Below, piece by piece: positions 36,272 to 48,519 of a stretch of DNA of 64,000 nucleotides (its first letter is position 1; every line of letters starts with the position of its first letter). The DNA is from Chiloscyllium plagiosum (Eukaryota), in assembly GCF_004010195.1 (NCBI RefSeq), contig NC_057718.1, positions 70,453,025 through 70,517,024 on the forward strand, written 5' to 3'. The notes under the pieces are model-generated. The model saw only the letters and a list, made by a program, of their open reading frames with translations. It was not told the origin of the DNA and ran no database searches. Position numbers and translations under genes: made by a program.

Positions 36272-37520
36272 CTTCCTATTCATTACCCATCCAGATGCCT
36301 TTTAAATTCTGCAACTGTACTAGCCTCCATCATTTTCTCTGGCAGCTCATTCCATACACATAACAGCCTCTGTGTGAAAAGGTTGCCTCTTGAGCCTCTT
36401 TTAAATTTTTCCCTCTCACCCTCTAGTTCTGGACTCCCCCCACCCCAGGTAAAAGACCTTGTCTATTCATCCTATCCATTGCCCTCATGATTTTAGAAAT
36501 CTTTGTAAGGTCACCCCTCATCCTCGGACTCTCCAGGGAAAACAGCCCCAGCCTATTCAGCCTCTCTCTATAGTTCAAATCCTCCAACCTTTGCAACATC
36601 CTTGTAAACCTTTTTTGAACCCTTTCATATTTCACAGTATCTTTCTGATAGGAGGGAGATCAGAATTGCACATAATATTCCAAAACTGGCCTAATCAATA
36701 TTCTGTACAGCCGCAACATGACCTCCCAACTCCTATACTTTATGCACTGACCAATAAAGGAATGCATACCAAATGCCTTCTTCACTATCTTATCTACCTT
36801 CAAGGAACTATGAACCTGCACTCTAAGGTCTTTTTGTTCAGCAACACTTCCCAGGACCTTGCCATTAAGTGTATAAGTCCTGCCCTGATTTGCCTTTCCA
36901 AACTCGCATTTATCTAAATTGAACTCCATCTGCTACTTGCTAGCCTATTGGCCCATCTGATCAAGATCCCATTGTACTCTAAGGTGACTTTCTTCGCTGT
37001 CCACTATACCTCCAAATTTAGTGTCATCTGTAAAATGACTAACTATACCTCCTATGTTCACATCCAAATTATTTATATAAATGATGAAAAGCAGTGGACC
37101 CAGCACTGATCCTTGGGGCAGGGTAAAAACAATGACTGCAGATGCTGGAAACCAGATTCTGGATTAGTGGTGCTGGAAAAGCACAGCAGTTCAGACAGCA
37201 TCCAAGAAGCAGTAAAATCGACGTTTTGGGCAAAAGCCCTTCATCAGGAACCTTGGGGCACACCATTGGTCACAGGCCTTCAGTCTGAAAGGTAACCCTG
37301 CACCACCAGCCACTGTCTCCTACCTTTGAGCCAGTTCTGTATCCAAATGGTTAGTCTCCCTGTACTCCATGTGATCTAACCTTGCTACCAGTATATCGTG
37401 AGGAACCTTCTTGAATGTCTTACTGAACTCCATATAGATCACGTCCACTGCTCTGTTCTCATCAATCCTCTTTGTTACTTTTTCAATAAACTCAATCACG
37501 TTAGTGAGACATGATTTGTG
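36272..37520 (-). mobile_element. CR1 LINE RT-3' portion
   Basis: MEFNLDKCEFGKANQGRTYTLNG; ERVQKRFTRML. Confidence 0.92.
37121..37250 (-). mobile_element. 130-bp family A hammerhead mini-element with perfect 10-bp TSD
   Basis: TSD CCTTGGGGCA at 37111-37120 and 37251-37260; minus strand TTC-CTGATGA-A-GGGC-TTTT-GCCC-AAAA-CG-TC-GATT. Confidence 0.9.
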
Positions 37521-37999
37521 TTCAACAAAACTGAGATGGCCTGAAATGCCTCCATTTATTCATGGACTAACTAAAATTGCTAGTACTAAAATTAAGGCCT
37601 GTCCCTAATCCGGTCAAAAAAATGTCAACAGCTACTCACAAATTACCTCAATGTACTAATGGCTATGGGGTCTTTGATCGAAGATTAAAACTCGCCAGGA
37701 ACAAAATGAATGTTTAAGAACTCAAATTAAAGCTTACAATGTCACAATTTAAAAATTAGTTTCATTATTCTAAACGTTTTTTCCTTAAATCCTTAATAGC
37801 CTTGTGTTGCTCTTATTTCACTTGAATTCTGCTGCTCCTTTCTTTGTACATTGATTTTAATCTCATGGTTTCTTTTTAAAATTTTGCCTGCGCTGAGGTA
37901 ATCATCGACTCCACTCCTGATGGTGTGAGACTTCTTCCTGTTTTTACCTTATGCTTAGTTTCTTTTCCAAATCAGCCATGCTGTAAGTGTTTAGTTCTT

Positions 38000-40900
38000 A
38001 TATGCAAGCATGAAACCTGTAATTTGGTTTCAAGGTCTAAAGAGAGTCAGCAACATGGAAGGATGTTTTCCATGGTTAGGAAGTCTATAACCAGGCATAA
38101 TAGTGTACTGCATAACAGTAGTAATAGGGATAGTGTGTAGGTAATTTATGACTGAAATGAACAAAAACTTCTTCACTCAAACAAACGTGAACCTTTGGAA
38201 TTTTCTAACCCAGGAGGCTGTGGAGGCCAAGACACCGAATATTATCAAGAAAGAGATTTGTTTTTGGAAGTTATAGGCAACAATGGGTATGGGGAGAAAA
38301 CAGAAATATGGCATTGAGGTAGAAGATTAGTCATGATCATATGAAATGGTGGGACAGAGTCAAACAGGCAATTGACCTACTCATGCTCCTAGTTTCCATG
38401 ATTTTGCATTTCTGTGGATAGATTTGAATGGTTTCCTTTAAAAATTTGTTTGAGAATGATAATTATTGTAACTCAATCTGGCTAGAAAATAATTGTGTAT
38501 GCTTTTTGAAGTCATTTTCAGTAATTTAGTACTATTTACAAGCTGACAAATGTTCTATGGTCAACTGATCTGCATAAGTGAGAGTTTGGAAATAAGTAGC
38601 CTGAGGGTAAGGGCAAAGGTAAACCAGGTTCACTTTATCTGGTGAGGTAATGTATGACTTCAACTGCAGAAAACTCAAATGAGGAACTTCAGTAGAGTGA
38701 TTCAACAATGAACTACAGATCACCACCACTTTTTCAGTGCAGTTAGTGAGGAGCAACAAATGTTGACCTTGCCACCGATGTGAATGAATTTAAAAAAGGG
38801 CTGATGGGCATACACAATGAAATGGTTTATGAAAAGCTTTGGAAGTTCTGTCCCAGGTCAGTTTGGAACCTCAGTCTACTCTCTTACACTCTCAGATTGC
38901 TGTTATGAATGGTCAGACTACTGCCACAACAGCTGTAAATTCTAGTATTGAAATTAATTTGTAGAACATCACACCAGTTTAGCGATCTATTTGCTAACAA
39001 GTTACTAAAATTCCTGAGGGGGAGAGGTGGTAAAATCATGCAACCTGCTAACTACTTCAATGTGACAGTATTCTTTCTCCCACCATTAACTAATGCCTTC
39101 ACTATTGCATATAACGCAGTCCATTGTTGCTACTGTCAATGCGGAGATTCACTACTTGGCCATTTAGGGACTTTGAGGTCATCCTGAAAGCCATACATAA
39201 TTTCCTACACTGAAAACTAATTGGAAAGTTAAGCCAATTAAGTAATACAGTTTAGACATAGGACAGACACCAAGGGAATGCACAAAGTTATCATAATCAT
39301 GTCAGTAAGGAAAGGATTTTGGCTCAGAAGATTATGAAGTAGATCAATATGGATGAGATTAGGAATAGCAAGAGTCAGAAAAGGTAGTCACACCTTTAAA
39401 CAGAACATTAAACAAGAAATTGTTTGAGCTTGTAATAAAAATGTAATAATTGTGGGGACTTTTAATCTTCATTTGGCTGGACCAATAAAATTGGCAAAGT
39501 TGATCTGGAAGATGGCTTTGTAGTATGCTTTCATGGCAGTTTCCAGGACCAATATACTGTGGAACAAATGAGTTATTTTAAGTTGTTATTGTTATTGAAG
39601 TTATTTTACATCTGGTATTATGTAATGAAGCAGTGTTAATTAGCGATCTCACAGTAAAAGAACTGTTTGGAATCAAAAATAACACGTTTGAAATCATGTA
39701 ATGCTTGAAACTGAAAAAGTCCAATCACAAGCAAGAATCTTAAATATAAACACAGGCAATTACATAGATATGAGAGAAGAACTTGCTAAGATTGGTTGGA
39801 TAAATTGATTTAAATGTATGGCAATAAATAAGGTGGGAAATATTTAAAGGAAATAATTGGATATAAAATTGGATGAGCGATTGGAAACAGGGAATGTTGA
39901 TTGGTGGCTATTTTTCAGGCTGTACAGCTCCAATATAACCCCTTTATTTGTGATAATCTCTGTCTTGAATGGTAAAAAGCATGGCTTCTTAACTATACTA
40001 TGAAGTTCAAAGCACCTTCATAAACTATGGACAAGCACCCCAAGACCTCTCTACTCCTCTGAGCTTCCAAGTTTTGAGTACTCCCTTGTCTTGTTGCTTC
40101 CTCCAAAGTGTATCACCTCACATTTATCAGGGTTAAACTCCTTCTGCACTTATCTGACCATCTGACCAACCAGTCTATATATTCCTATAACATAAAATAT
40201 CCATCCTCACTGTCAACCACCTGGCCAATCTTTATGTCATCTGCAAACTTACTGATCATGTCGCTTCCAGTCTCACAAACAAAGAGACCCAGCATTGGTT
40301 CAAACTTTGAAAGCATTGTAAACTGTGAGAAGAATGATGTAGAACTTGAAAAGAACAAAGAACAACACAGCATATGCCCTCCAAGCCTGTGCATTTTGCA
40401 GATATCAAAACTGTCTCACTTATGGGATCCCTTCCTGTTCATGTATTCATCCAGATACTTCTTGAATACTGCTATTGTACTTGCTTCCACCATCTCCTCT
40501 GACAACGTGTTCCAGGCATTCACCATGCTCTGTGTGAAAAGCTTTCCTCGCACATCTCTTTTAAACTCCATCCACCCACCATCACATCTTGAACTTGTAT
40601 TCTTAGTAATTAACCCCTTCACCCTGGGAAAAAGCCTCATACTTTCCATTCCATCCACAAACTTATAAATTTATATCAGGTTGCCCCTTAACCTCCTTGC
40701 ATTCCAGTGCAAGCAGATCCAGTCTATTCAGCCTTTCTTCATCACAAAAATCCCCCATACGAAGCAACATCCTGATAAGACTTTTCTATACCCTCTCCAA
40801 AGCATCCACATCCTTCTGGTAGTGTGGTGACCAGAACTGTACACAATATTCCACATGTGGCCTAACTAAAGTTCTATAAAGCTGCAGCATAACTTGCCTA

Positions 40901-42080
40901 TCTTTATATTCAACTCCCATCCCAATAAAGGCAAGAATGCCGTAGGCCTTTTTTTTAACTACCTTATCTACCTGCACTGCCGCCTTCAGGGATTTATGGA
41001 CCTGCACACACAGATCCCTCTGCATAACAATACACATAAGGGTTAGGAACATTGACAAGTTGGAGGAGTTGATGACAAATGAAATTCAAAAAGGTGTTGT
41101 GAAACTTGAAAGGGTTCATAAAAGATATACAAGGATGTTGCCAGGGTTGGAGGATTTGAGCTATAGGGAGAGGTTGAATAGACTAGGGCTGTTTTCCCTG
41201 GAGTGTTGGAGGCTGAGGGGTGACCTTTATAGAGGTTAATAAAATCATGAGGGGCATGGATAGGATAAATAGACAAAGTCTTTTCCTTGGGGTAGGGTGT
41301 CCAGAAGTAGAGGGCATAGGTTTAGCGTGAGAGAGGAAAGATATAACGGAGACGTAAGGGGCAACTTTTTCACTCAGAGGGTAGTACGTGTATGGAACAA
41401 GCTGGCAGAGGAAGTGGTGGAAGCTTGTACAATTGCAACATTTAAAAGGCATCTGGATGGGTATATGAATAGGAAGGGGGATAGGTATATGGAGGATAGT
41501 GGGTTAGTGTAGTTTAGGTGGGCTTGGATCGGCGCAACATCGAGGGCCCAAGGGCCTGTACTGCGCTGTATTCTTCTATGTTCTATGTTCTATGTTCTAT
41601 CTCTATGACTCTATAAAGCATGAGGTAATACATTTTCATAGCAAGAACATGAATAGATAGTATAAAATTATGGGTACTATTCCAAAGGGTATGTGCAGCA
41701 GAGACATCTGGGAATATATTTGCATTAATCATTTAAAGTGGCATAATAGATGGAGAGAACAGTTAATAAAGCATCTGATATCCTATATTTTATTAATAGT
41801 GACATTGACTACAAGAGCTGGAAGGTTATCTGAAGATGTATAAGACACAGTTCTGGACATGCACACTTAGGAAGGATGCAAAGGCATTACAGACAGAGTA
41901 CAGAAGAGAGTTCTGAGAATGGGTACAGAATTGAGAAACTGCAGTCATGGAGATAGATTTTTCCTTGGAGAGGAGAAATAGAATAAGATTAATTGAAGTA
42001 TTAAAAGTTATGAAAAGTCTGGATAGTCAAGACAGAAGAAACTTGCTGCTCATAAACAGATCAAAAATATGAAAGCTTCA
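38000..42080. mobile_element. Cluster of CR1 fragments in both orientations (+ ~38000-38410, + ~39200-39950, - ~39960-41040, + ~41090-42080)
   Basis: KFADDIKIG, YCVQFWSPHYQKDVDALERV, NFFTQRVVRVWN motifs; (TTCTATG)n tail at ~41574-41600. Confidence 0.8.
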
Positions 42081-42289
42081 ATCCTGAAATTGAAGATACT
42101 GTATGAATAATTCCCTGACACCTGGAACCCTCCAAATATCGCCATTTAAACTGGAGAATTTGGATGGTTCAGTTGAAATTAAGTAAATTAATAGTTACTC
42201 AGGAAATATTAGCTTATCAAGTACATGGCCTAGTTCCTCAGTAACTCTTCAACTGATTCTATACTTATATCATATGTCCCCAACGACAA

Positions 42290-42770
42290 CTCTTCTAGAG
42301 CTGTTACTTCTCCGAGATCCTGACCTGACACCGCCTCTCTCCAAAGGACCCAATAACTTCTTCTCCTGCTCTACATCCCAGCCCCCATTTCCCTGCCATC
42401 TTCCTAAGTTCCACACTCATCTACCCTTCACCTGCTGCTAGCCCTAACCGCCACCTAAGAACGAACATCCAGCAACCCCCTCACCGCTCCGCTTCTCCCA
42501 CCCCGCCCACACCCCCACCCCACCCAACCCCCGACCCAAATTCCTACCACATTCCTGGCTTCTTTGCCACATTGTATTCTGCTTACCTGGCATTGTGTTT
42601 ACCTGGTATCCTACCTTCTACCCTTCTGGCATCTTACATCCTTGCACCCCAATCCCTAGCCAGCTGGAAACCAAACCAGCTGGAACACTTGGCTAGCTTC
42701 CTACTTATCTGGCCGTACCCTACCCCATACTAATCTGGCACCTTAGCTTTTCGGCACCCTAACAATACAT
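42290..42770. repeat. C-rich low-complexity segment
   Basis: CCCCA/ACCC and CCTGGCA-type degenerate repeats. Confidence 0.6.
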
Positions 42771-43149
42771 TTGCCTGTATACTTATTGTTTGACAGCAGC
42801 TGTCAAAGTGGCCATGTGGAACTTTATTTTTCAGGCAACTGATTGGCGGGAAAGGGGAGTGGTTTGCCTTTCCCCAACAGATCTTCACTATGAAGGAAGT
42901 ACAGTTGCACGTTTCTGAAGGATCTCTATCAGAAACACAGAACTCTCTGCTTTTGTGAAAAAAAGAATGAGGGGAATGGCAATTTGCATGTGATTGCCAC
43001 TCCTTTGAAAATCTGGTCAATGATGTTTATTCGGAGAGCAAGTGCAGGCATAACGGGCAGAATAGCATTCTTCTGCTCTATACCAATTTGGTGGTTCAAC
43101 TCAACAAACATTTAATAAAAATATATTCTATTGTCAAACAAAACACATA

Positions 43150-44675
43150 TCCATTGTAAAACAAAAACTCAGCAAGAAAGATTCATTTCTGGCTTACATA
43201 GCAAGTTAAAGGTTGTGTTAGATTAAAAGAAAAGGCTTATAATGTTGCATTAAAGAAGTCTGAGGATAGATATTGATAAGAAGCCAGCAATGGGGCACTA
43301 AAAAAATTGATTAAAAAAAGGAATAGAAGAGGAACCTTGCCAGGAATATGAAACCAGATTATAAGAGATTTTATAGGCTTTATACTAAATAAGTGACAAA
43401 GCTGCTAAACATTGAACCCTTGGAAACTTAGATAGGAGAACTCAGTATTGGAATGAGAAAATGGCAGAGATATTGAATAAATATTTTAAGTTTGTTTTCA
43501 TAGTAGAAGACAGAACTTACTTACCAGTTTGTAATCTAGGTACTGAAAAAAGTGGGGAAATGAAGGTAATTAATAACAATTTTTTAAGAAGTATTGGAGA
43601 AAATTAAGGGTCTAAAATCCAATAAATTCCCAGAATTTGATGATCGAAATTCTAAAGAGCCAGTGAATGTACTATAAAATAAAGTGATTCTGTTGAAGTA
43701 TTCAGTGAGTAAGTTTGCAGATGACACTAAAATCGGAGGTATAGTGGACAGCGAAGATGATTACCTCAGAGTACAATGGGATCTTGATCAGATGGGCCAA
43801 TGGGCTGAAGAGTGGCAGATAGAGTTTAATTTAAATAAATGTGAGGTGCTGCATTTTGGAAAAGCAGGTGCTGCATTTTGGAAAAGCAATCAGAACAGGA
43901 CTTATACACTTAATGGTAATGTCCTGGGGAGTGTTGCTGAACAAAGAGACCTTGGAGTGCAGGTTCATAGTTCCATGAAAGTAGAGTCTAAGGTAGATAG
44001 GATAGTGAAGGTATGCTTTCCTTTATTGGTCAGAGTATAGAGTATAGGAGTTGGGAGGTCATGCTGCAGCTGTACAGAACATTGGTTATGCCACTTTTGG
44101 AATATTGTATACCATTCTGCTCTCCTTCCTATCAGAAGGGTGTTGAGAAACTTGAAAGGGTTCAGAAAAGATTTACAAGGATGTTGCCAGGGTTGGATGA
44201 TTTGAGCTAAAGGGAGAGGCTGAATAGGCTGGGGTTGTTTTCCCTGGAGTGTTGGAGGCTGAGGGGTGACCTTATACAGGTTTTTAAAATCATGAGGGGC
44301 ATGAATAGGATAAATTGACAAGATCTTTTCCCTGGGCTGGGGGAGTCCAAAACTAGAGGGTTTAGGGTGAGAGGGGAGAGATATAAAAGGGATCTAAGGG
44401 GCAACCTTTTCACCCAGAGGGTGCGTGTATGGAATGAGCTGCCAGAGGAAGTGGTGGAGGCTGGTACAATTACAACAAGCTGCCAGAGGAAGTAGTAGAA
44501 GCTAGTACAATTACGACATTTCAACGGCATCTGCATGGGTATACAAATAGGAAGGGTTTAGAGGGATATGGGCCAAGTGCTGGCAAATGGGACTAGATTA
44601 GATTGGGATATCTGGTCGGCATGGACGAGTTGGACCAAAGGGTCTGCACCTGTGCTGTACATCTTCATGACCCTT
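43150..44675 (+). mobile_element. CR1 LINE fragments (old 5' piece plus younger RT-3' end with small tandem duplications)
   Basis: [30 protein letters not shown]; duplicated GGTGCTGCATTTTGGAAAAGCA (~43845-43888) and AGCTGCCAGAGGAAGT..TACAATTAC (~44437-44515). Confidence 0.9.
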
Positions 44676-44759
44676 TTCACAGGGGAATCTGGAACAAGAG
44701 ATATTGAGAGATAACAGTTGAATGTACAGCTAAAGGACAGCTTCAAACCTGTGTCTACA

Positions 44760-45885
44760 GAAAAACCACACATATGGACCAAAAGCAATCACCCCAACAC
44801 CTACAAACGAAGCTGCATCAAGACATTATTCTGACGAGCTACATCACACTGCAACACCCAAGAACTACAAAAAGCAGAAGAAAAATACCTATACAACATT
44901 TTCAAGAAAAATAGGTCCCCAGTAAACACAATCCACCTTTTCCTCAGAAACAAACCCAAACAAGCAGACAACGCAACGAAAAACTAAGCCACATTACCTT
45001 ACATCAAAGACATATCAGAAATCACTTCCAGACTACTCAGACCCCTTGGCATCATGGTAGCCCATGAACCTACCAACACACTTAAACAGCAACTAATGAA
45101 CCTAAAAGATCCAATAGATACCAGCAGCAAAACTAACTTCATTTACAAGATACCATGCAAGAACTGTAAAAAACACTACATCAGACAAACTAGCAGGACA
45201 CTTGCCACCAGGATACGTGAACACCAGCTGGCCACCAAAAGACACGACCCACTATCACTAGTTTCTATACAGGAGAAAGTGAGGTCTGCAGATGCTGGAG
45301 ATCAGAGATGGAAATGTGTTGCTGGAAAAGCGCAGCAGGTCAGGCAGCATCTAGGGAACAGGAGAATCGACGTTTCGGGCATTAGCCCTTCTTTGACTGA
45401 GACAACACACACATCCTCAGACAGGTAAAACAAAAACATGCATGAGAATTCTTAGGATTCTCCTGTTCCCTAGATGCTGCCTGACCTGCTGCGCTTTTCC
45501 AGCAACACATTTCCATCTCTAGTTTCTATACATACAGACAAAGAAGGATGCCACTTTGACTGAGACAACACACACATCCTCAGACAGGTAAAACAAAAAC
45601 ATGCATGAGAATTCTTAGAGGCATGGCACTCTAACCAGAACTCCATCAATAAACACATCGATTTAGATCCTATCTACCTTCCCTTGAAAAAAATAACATC
45701 ACCCACCTTAAGAAACCAAGCCCTATAAATAGAGAGGTGGGACATACCACCAGCTCTTCACCAGAGACGCTTACTGACTGACCATGTTACTTAGTATGGT
45801 GTCTGAAAACAAACCCTCAAGCTTAGCGAGTTAATTTACATATTTATCATCAACCTGAGCTACAAATCTTCTCAAAAATCGCTAA
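44760..45885 (+). mobile_element. Penelope-like element (same family as 27217-28072), decayed, with nested complex insertion
   Basis: NFIYKIPCKNCKKHYIRQTSRTLATRIREHQLATK (GIY-YIG); same 3' end CCTGAGCTACAAATCTTCTCAAAA..CGCTA. Confidence 0.92.
45271..45518. mobile_element. Inverted family A pLTR insertion with captured 65-bp target copy
   Basis: TSD CTAGTTTCTATAC (45258-45270, 45519-45531); arms 45304-45368 and 45456-45520 are reverse complements; spacer 45391-45455 equals 45554-45618. Confidence 0.9.
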
Positions 45886-46148
45886 GATATAGTTTCTTTC
45901 AGTATCAGGAAACAATCAAGTGGGATGAGATTAGGAGAATTTTCATGACCACAAAAAACCATAGATCTTTGGAATTCTCTATCCCAGAAAGTTGTGGATG
46001 CTCCGTTGTTGTTATATTGAAGTTTCTTTATAGATCTTTGTTCTCTTGAAAGTTCAGAGATTCGAGGAGTGGATGGCAAAGTGGAGCTGAAGTTCTGTCA
46101 TGATCCTGATGGGAAGTCGGCGTTGGTGATCAAATCCCATTATTCCAT

Positions 46149-46366
46149 GTTAAAAATCACACAACACCAGGTTATAGTCCAACAGGTTTAATTGGAAGCA
46201 CACTAACTTTCGGAGCGACGCTCCTTCATCAGGTGATTGTGGAGGGCTGATGAAGGAGCGTCGCTCCGAAAGCTAGTGTGCTTCCAATTAAACCTGTTGG
46301 ACTATAACCTGGTGTTGTGTGATTTTTAACTTTGTACACCCCAGTCCAACACCGGCATCTCCGAAT
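46149..46366. mobile_element. Inverted family C element with two oppositely oriented hammerhead motifs
   Basis: 84-bp arms 46149-46232 and 46247-46330 (1 mismatch); CTGATGA-A-GGAGC-GTC-GCTCC-GAAA-GC-TA-GTG on +, and the equivalent with stem I CAC/GTG on -; TSD-like CATTATTCCATG (46138-46149) / CATTATTTCATG (46367-46378). Confidence 0.9.
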
Positions 46367-46429
46367 CATTATTTCATGAGTTGTTACAAACACATCTCCG
46401 AATCATTATTTCATGAGTTGTTACAAACA
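46356..46429 (+). repeat. Perfect 37-bp tandem duplication spanning the insertion junction
   Basis: CATCTCCGAATCATTATTTCATGAGTTGTTACAAACA twice (46356-46392, 46393-46429). Confidence 0.95.
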
Positions 46430-48436
46430 TGTAAATGATCAAGATGGTTAATTTTTTATGACCTCTATCAATATTAAGATAAAAGAAACACAAACCAGGT
46501 TTCATCAATAAACAAGGAAACAAAAAGGTATTATAACAAATATATTCTTTAACATGGCAAAAATTGATTATTAATTACTAATATGCAACCCTAAATTACC
46601 CTCCCTTTACATCCAAATGTGAACACATTCATTCACAGACAATTTTAAATAAATATTATTGTTGAATGACATAGGCATTCTATGGATCAAGAGTCCAAAC
46701 CAAAAAGTGGTGGAATGAAGTGGCTTTACTCAGTTCTCTTGATTTTGGTAATGATATCATGTTATTGTCAACTATTTTGAACCTCAATTTGGTAGCTGGT
46801 CAGTCAGACCTAGGTCTTTTGGTTCTTGTTTTCAGATTCTTTTAACACTGGTTTTCCTCCATTCACTTCTTCACTCCATCTTCTGTCCATTAGCTGTTTT
46901 GACAAGCATTGTGATCTCAAAATTACATACAATGTGGCACAACGAATCAGACAAATGCCAGAAGCCCCTTTCATCGTGAGCCATTGTGTCTTATGATCAC
47001 ATATGGCAGCCTGAAATAAAAACAGAAAGTGCTGCAAATAAAGGAATTCTATTGTTATTTGAGATTTCTAGCAACTGGAGTATTCTATTTTTGTGTTTTG
47101 TGATACTCTGTTTCCCTTTATACGTATACTGCCTACGTTTGTGTTTGTTATTCTGCAGTTACACAAGGTCAGTGGCCTTGTGTAACTGTCTACCCTTTAG
47201 ACACACTGTACTTTGATACTTAGCTCAAATAAAACACAATCAGACAAACGTAAATTCAAGTCCCATTCCAGACTTTTGAGTTCATAATGCCCACATTCCA
47301 GTAAAGAGGTGAGGGAACACTTTGCTCTCACAGAGATCTTTTTCTGATAAGACATTAAATAAATGAGCCATTTGAACGGAACAAGAAAGATTCCACCGTT
47401 TTCGTTAAGAGAAAATGAATTATCCCAATGCCCTGATCAACTTCTGTCCTTTAATCAAACATAACAAAAGCAGATAACCTGGTCATTTGTATTGATTTTG
47501 TGAGAGCTATTTTTCCAAAAATTCCAACAATCTAAAGGTGCTACCTAAATGAAAGTCGGTTCTCCCTAATGCTGTAGTATTGGAAGCGGGTGGAAGGCAG
47601 CGCCACTGAGAAAAGGAGCGGCACCATTACAGGGGAGTGGCAGTAAGAGTAAAGCAGGTAGAGAGCGAGACAGGATCAGGTAAGACGGAACAGCCAGCCA
47701 TATTGGAAAGAGCCAAGCGTAGGTGACTTGTATGCAGGTGAGGAGCTGAATTATGGGGGAAAAGTTAGAATGCCAGGGAGGTAGTAAGGAGCGGCAAGAG
47801 TGGGATTTTCAATTGCGCTGTGATTGATGCACGTCCGGCCCAATCTCTGCCGAGACTGTGATACTTCTTTCACCGAGTTTTCGGTGGAGGAAATGCGACG
47901 GGCATGGGTGGAACACCAGGCGTAACAGTTTAGAAAAGTTTTTCTTCTTCTTGAATCGAATTCATCTACAATAAAACTAATTGAGATAGCAAATTTAAAA
48001 TAAGTTCTTAAAAGTATTTAAAATTTGGATCCAAACTATACTGTCAGAATTGTAAATAAGTTAACAATTTGAGGTAAATGTCAGCGTACACACGGAATCC
48101 ACCTGAATTAAGTGTTCATACCTTAAACCGTTCAAGGCCTGATTTAACCTCCTAAATATCGGGGGAATGTCAATTTAATTAACCCCGGACGACCCGGGAC
48201 CGAGCCCAGGATTATTTATCTTCTCACAGTCCTCTACCTCACCACCTGCCTCCCTGGAGGCATTTTACGAGTGGGCGGCTCCTGCTGTTAGTGGATTTAC
48301 TGGCTGTACCCTGTTCGCCAGCCGAAAGTTTCTGGTGGTGAATCACTGCAAGCTGCAGCCTTTACCAGGCCGGAGGATCTCTCCGGGCCAAGCACTACCG
48401 ACCGAGCTCCTCACCTTACTTTCTATTTTGTGGCAG

Positions 48437-48519
48437 GTGATTGAGTGGACCTCAAATCCTAGGCTCTTGGATTTCTTCAAACAGAAAAAAGCTTTAGAAG
48501 ACCGAAAATGCCGAAACCG
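48437..48519 (+). other. Exon with 5' UTR and start codon of an ERM-family gene (83 bp)
   Basis: Branch-like CTCAC, pyrimidine tract and acceptor TTTTGTGGCAG| at 48436; donor CCG|GTAAGT at 48520. Confidence 0.8.
48508..48519 (+). CDS. ezr: First coding micro-segment M-P-K-P of ezrin (radixin not excluded)
   Basis: ACCGAAAATGCCGAAACCG|gtaagt: Kozak A at -3, four codons and a phase-0 intron as in vertebrate EZR/RDX exon 2; the ACCGAAA upstream context resembles my recollection of mammalian EZR. Downstream exon (INVRVTTMDAELEF) not seen in the window. Confidence 0.65.

Noticed and set aside
46149..46429. Palindrome plus direct repeats as a CRISPR array or TIR MITE
   Set aside because: No repeat-spacer periodicity or cas genes in a vertebrate context; the arms are asymmetric pieces of a longer element (13604-14295) with a long TSD, unlike a MITE.
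47869..47888. Short hairpins CACCGA-GTTT-TCGGTG and CCGGAG-GATCT-CTCCGG (~48370)
   Set aside because: 6-8-bp stems are expected by chance in GC-rich promoter DNA; no RNA family recognised.
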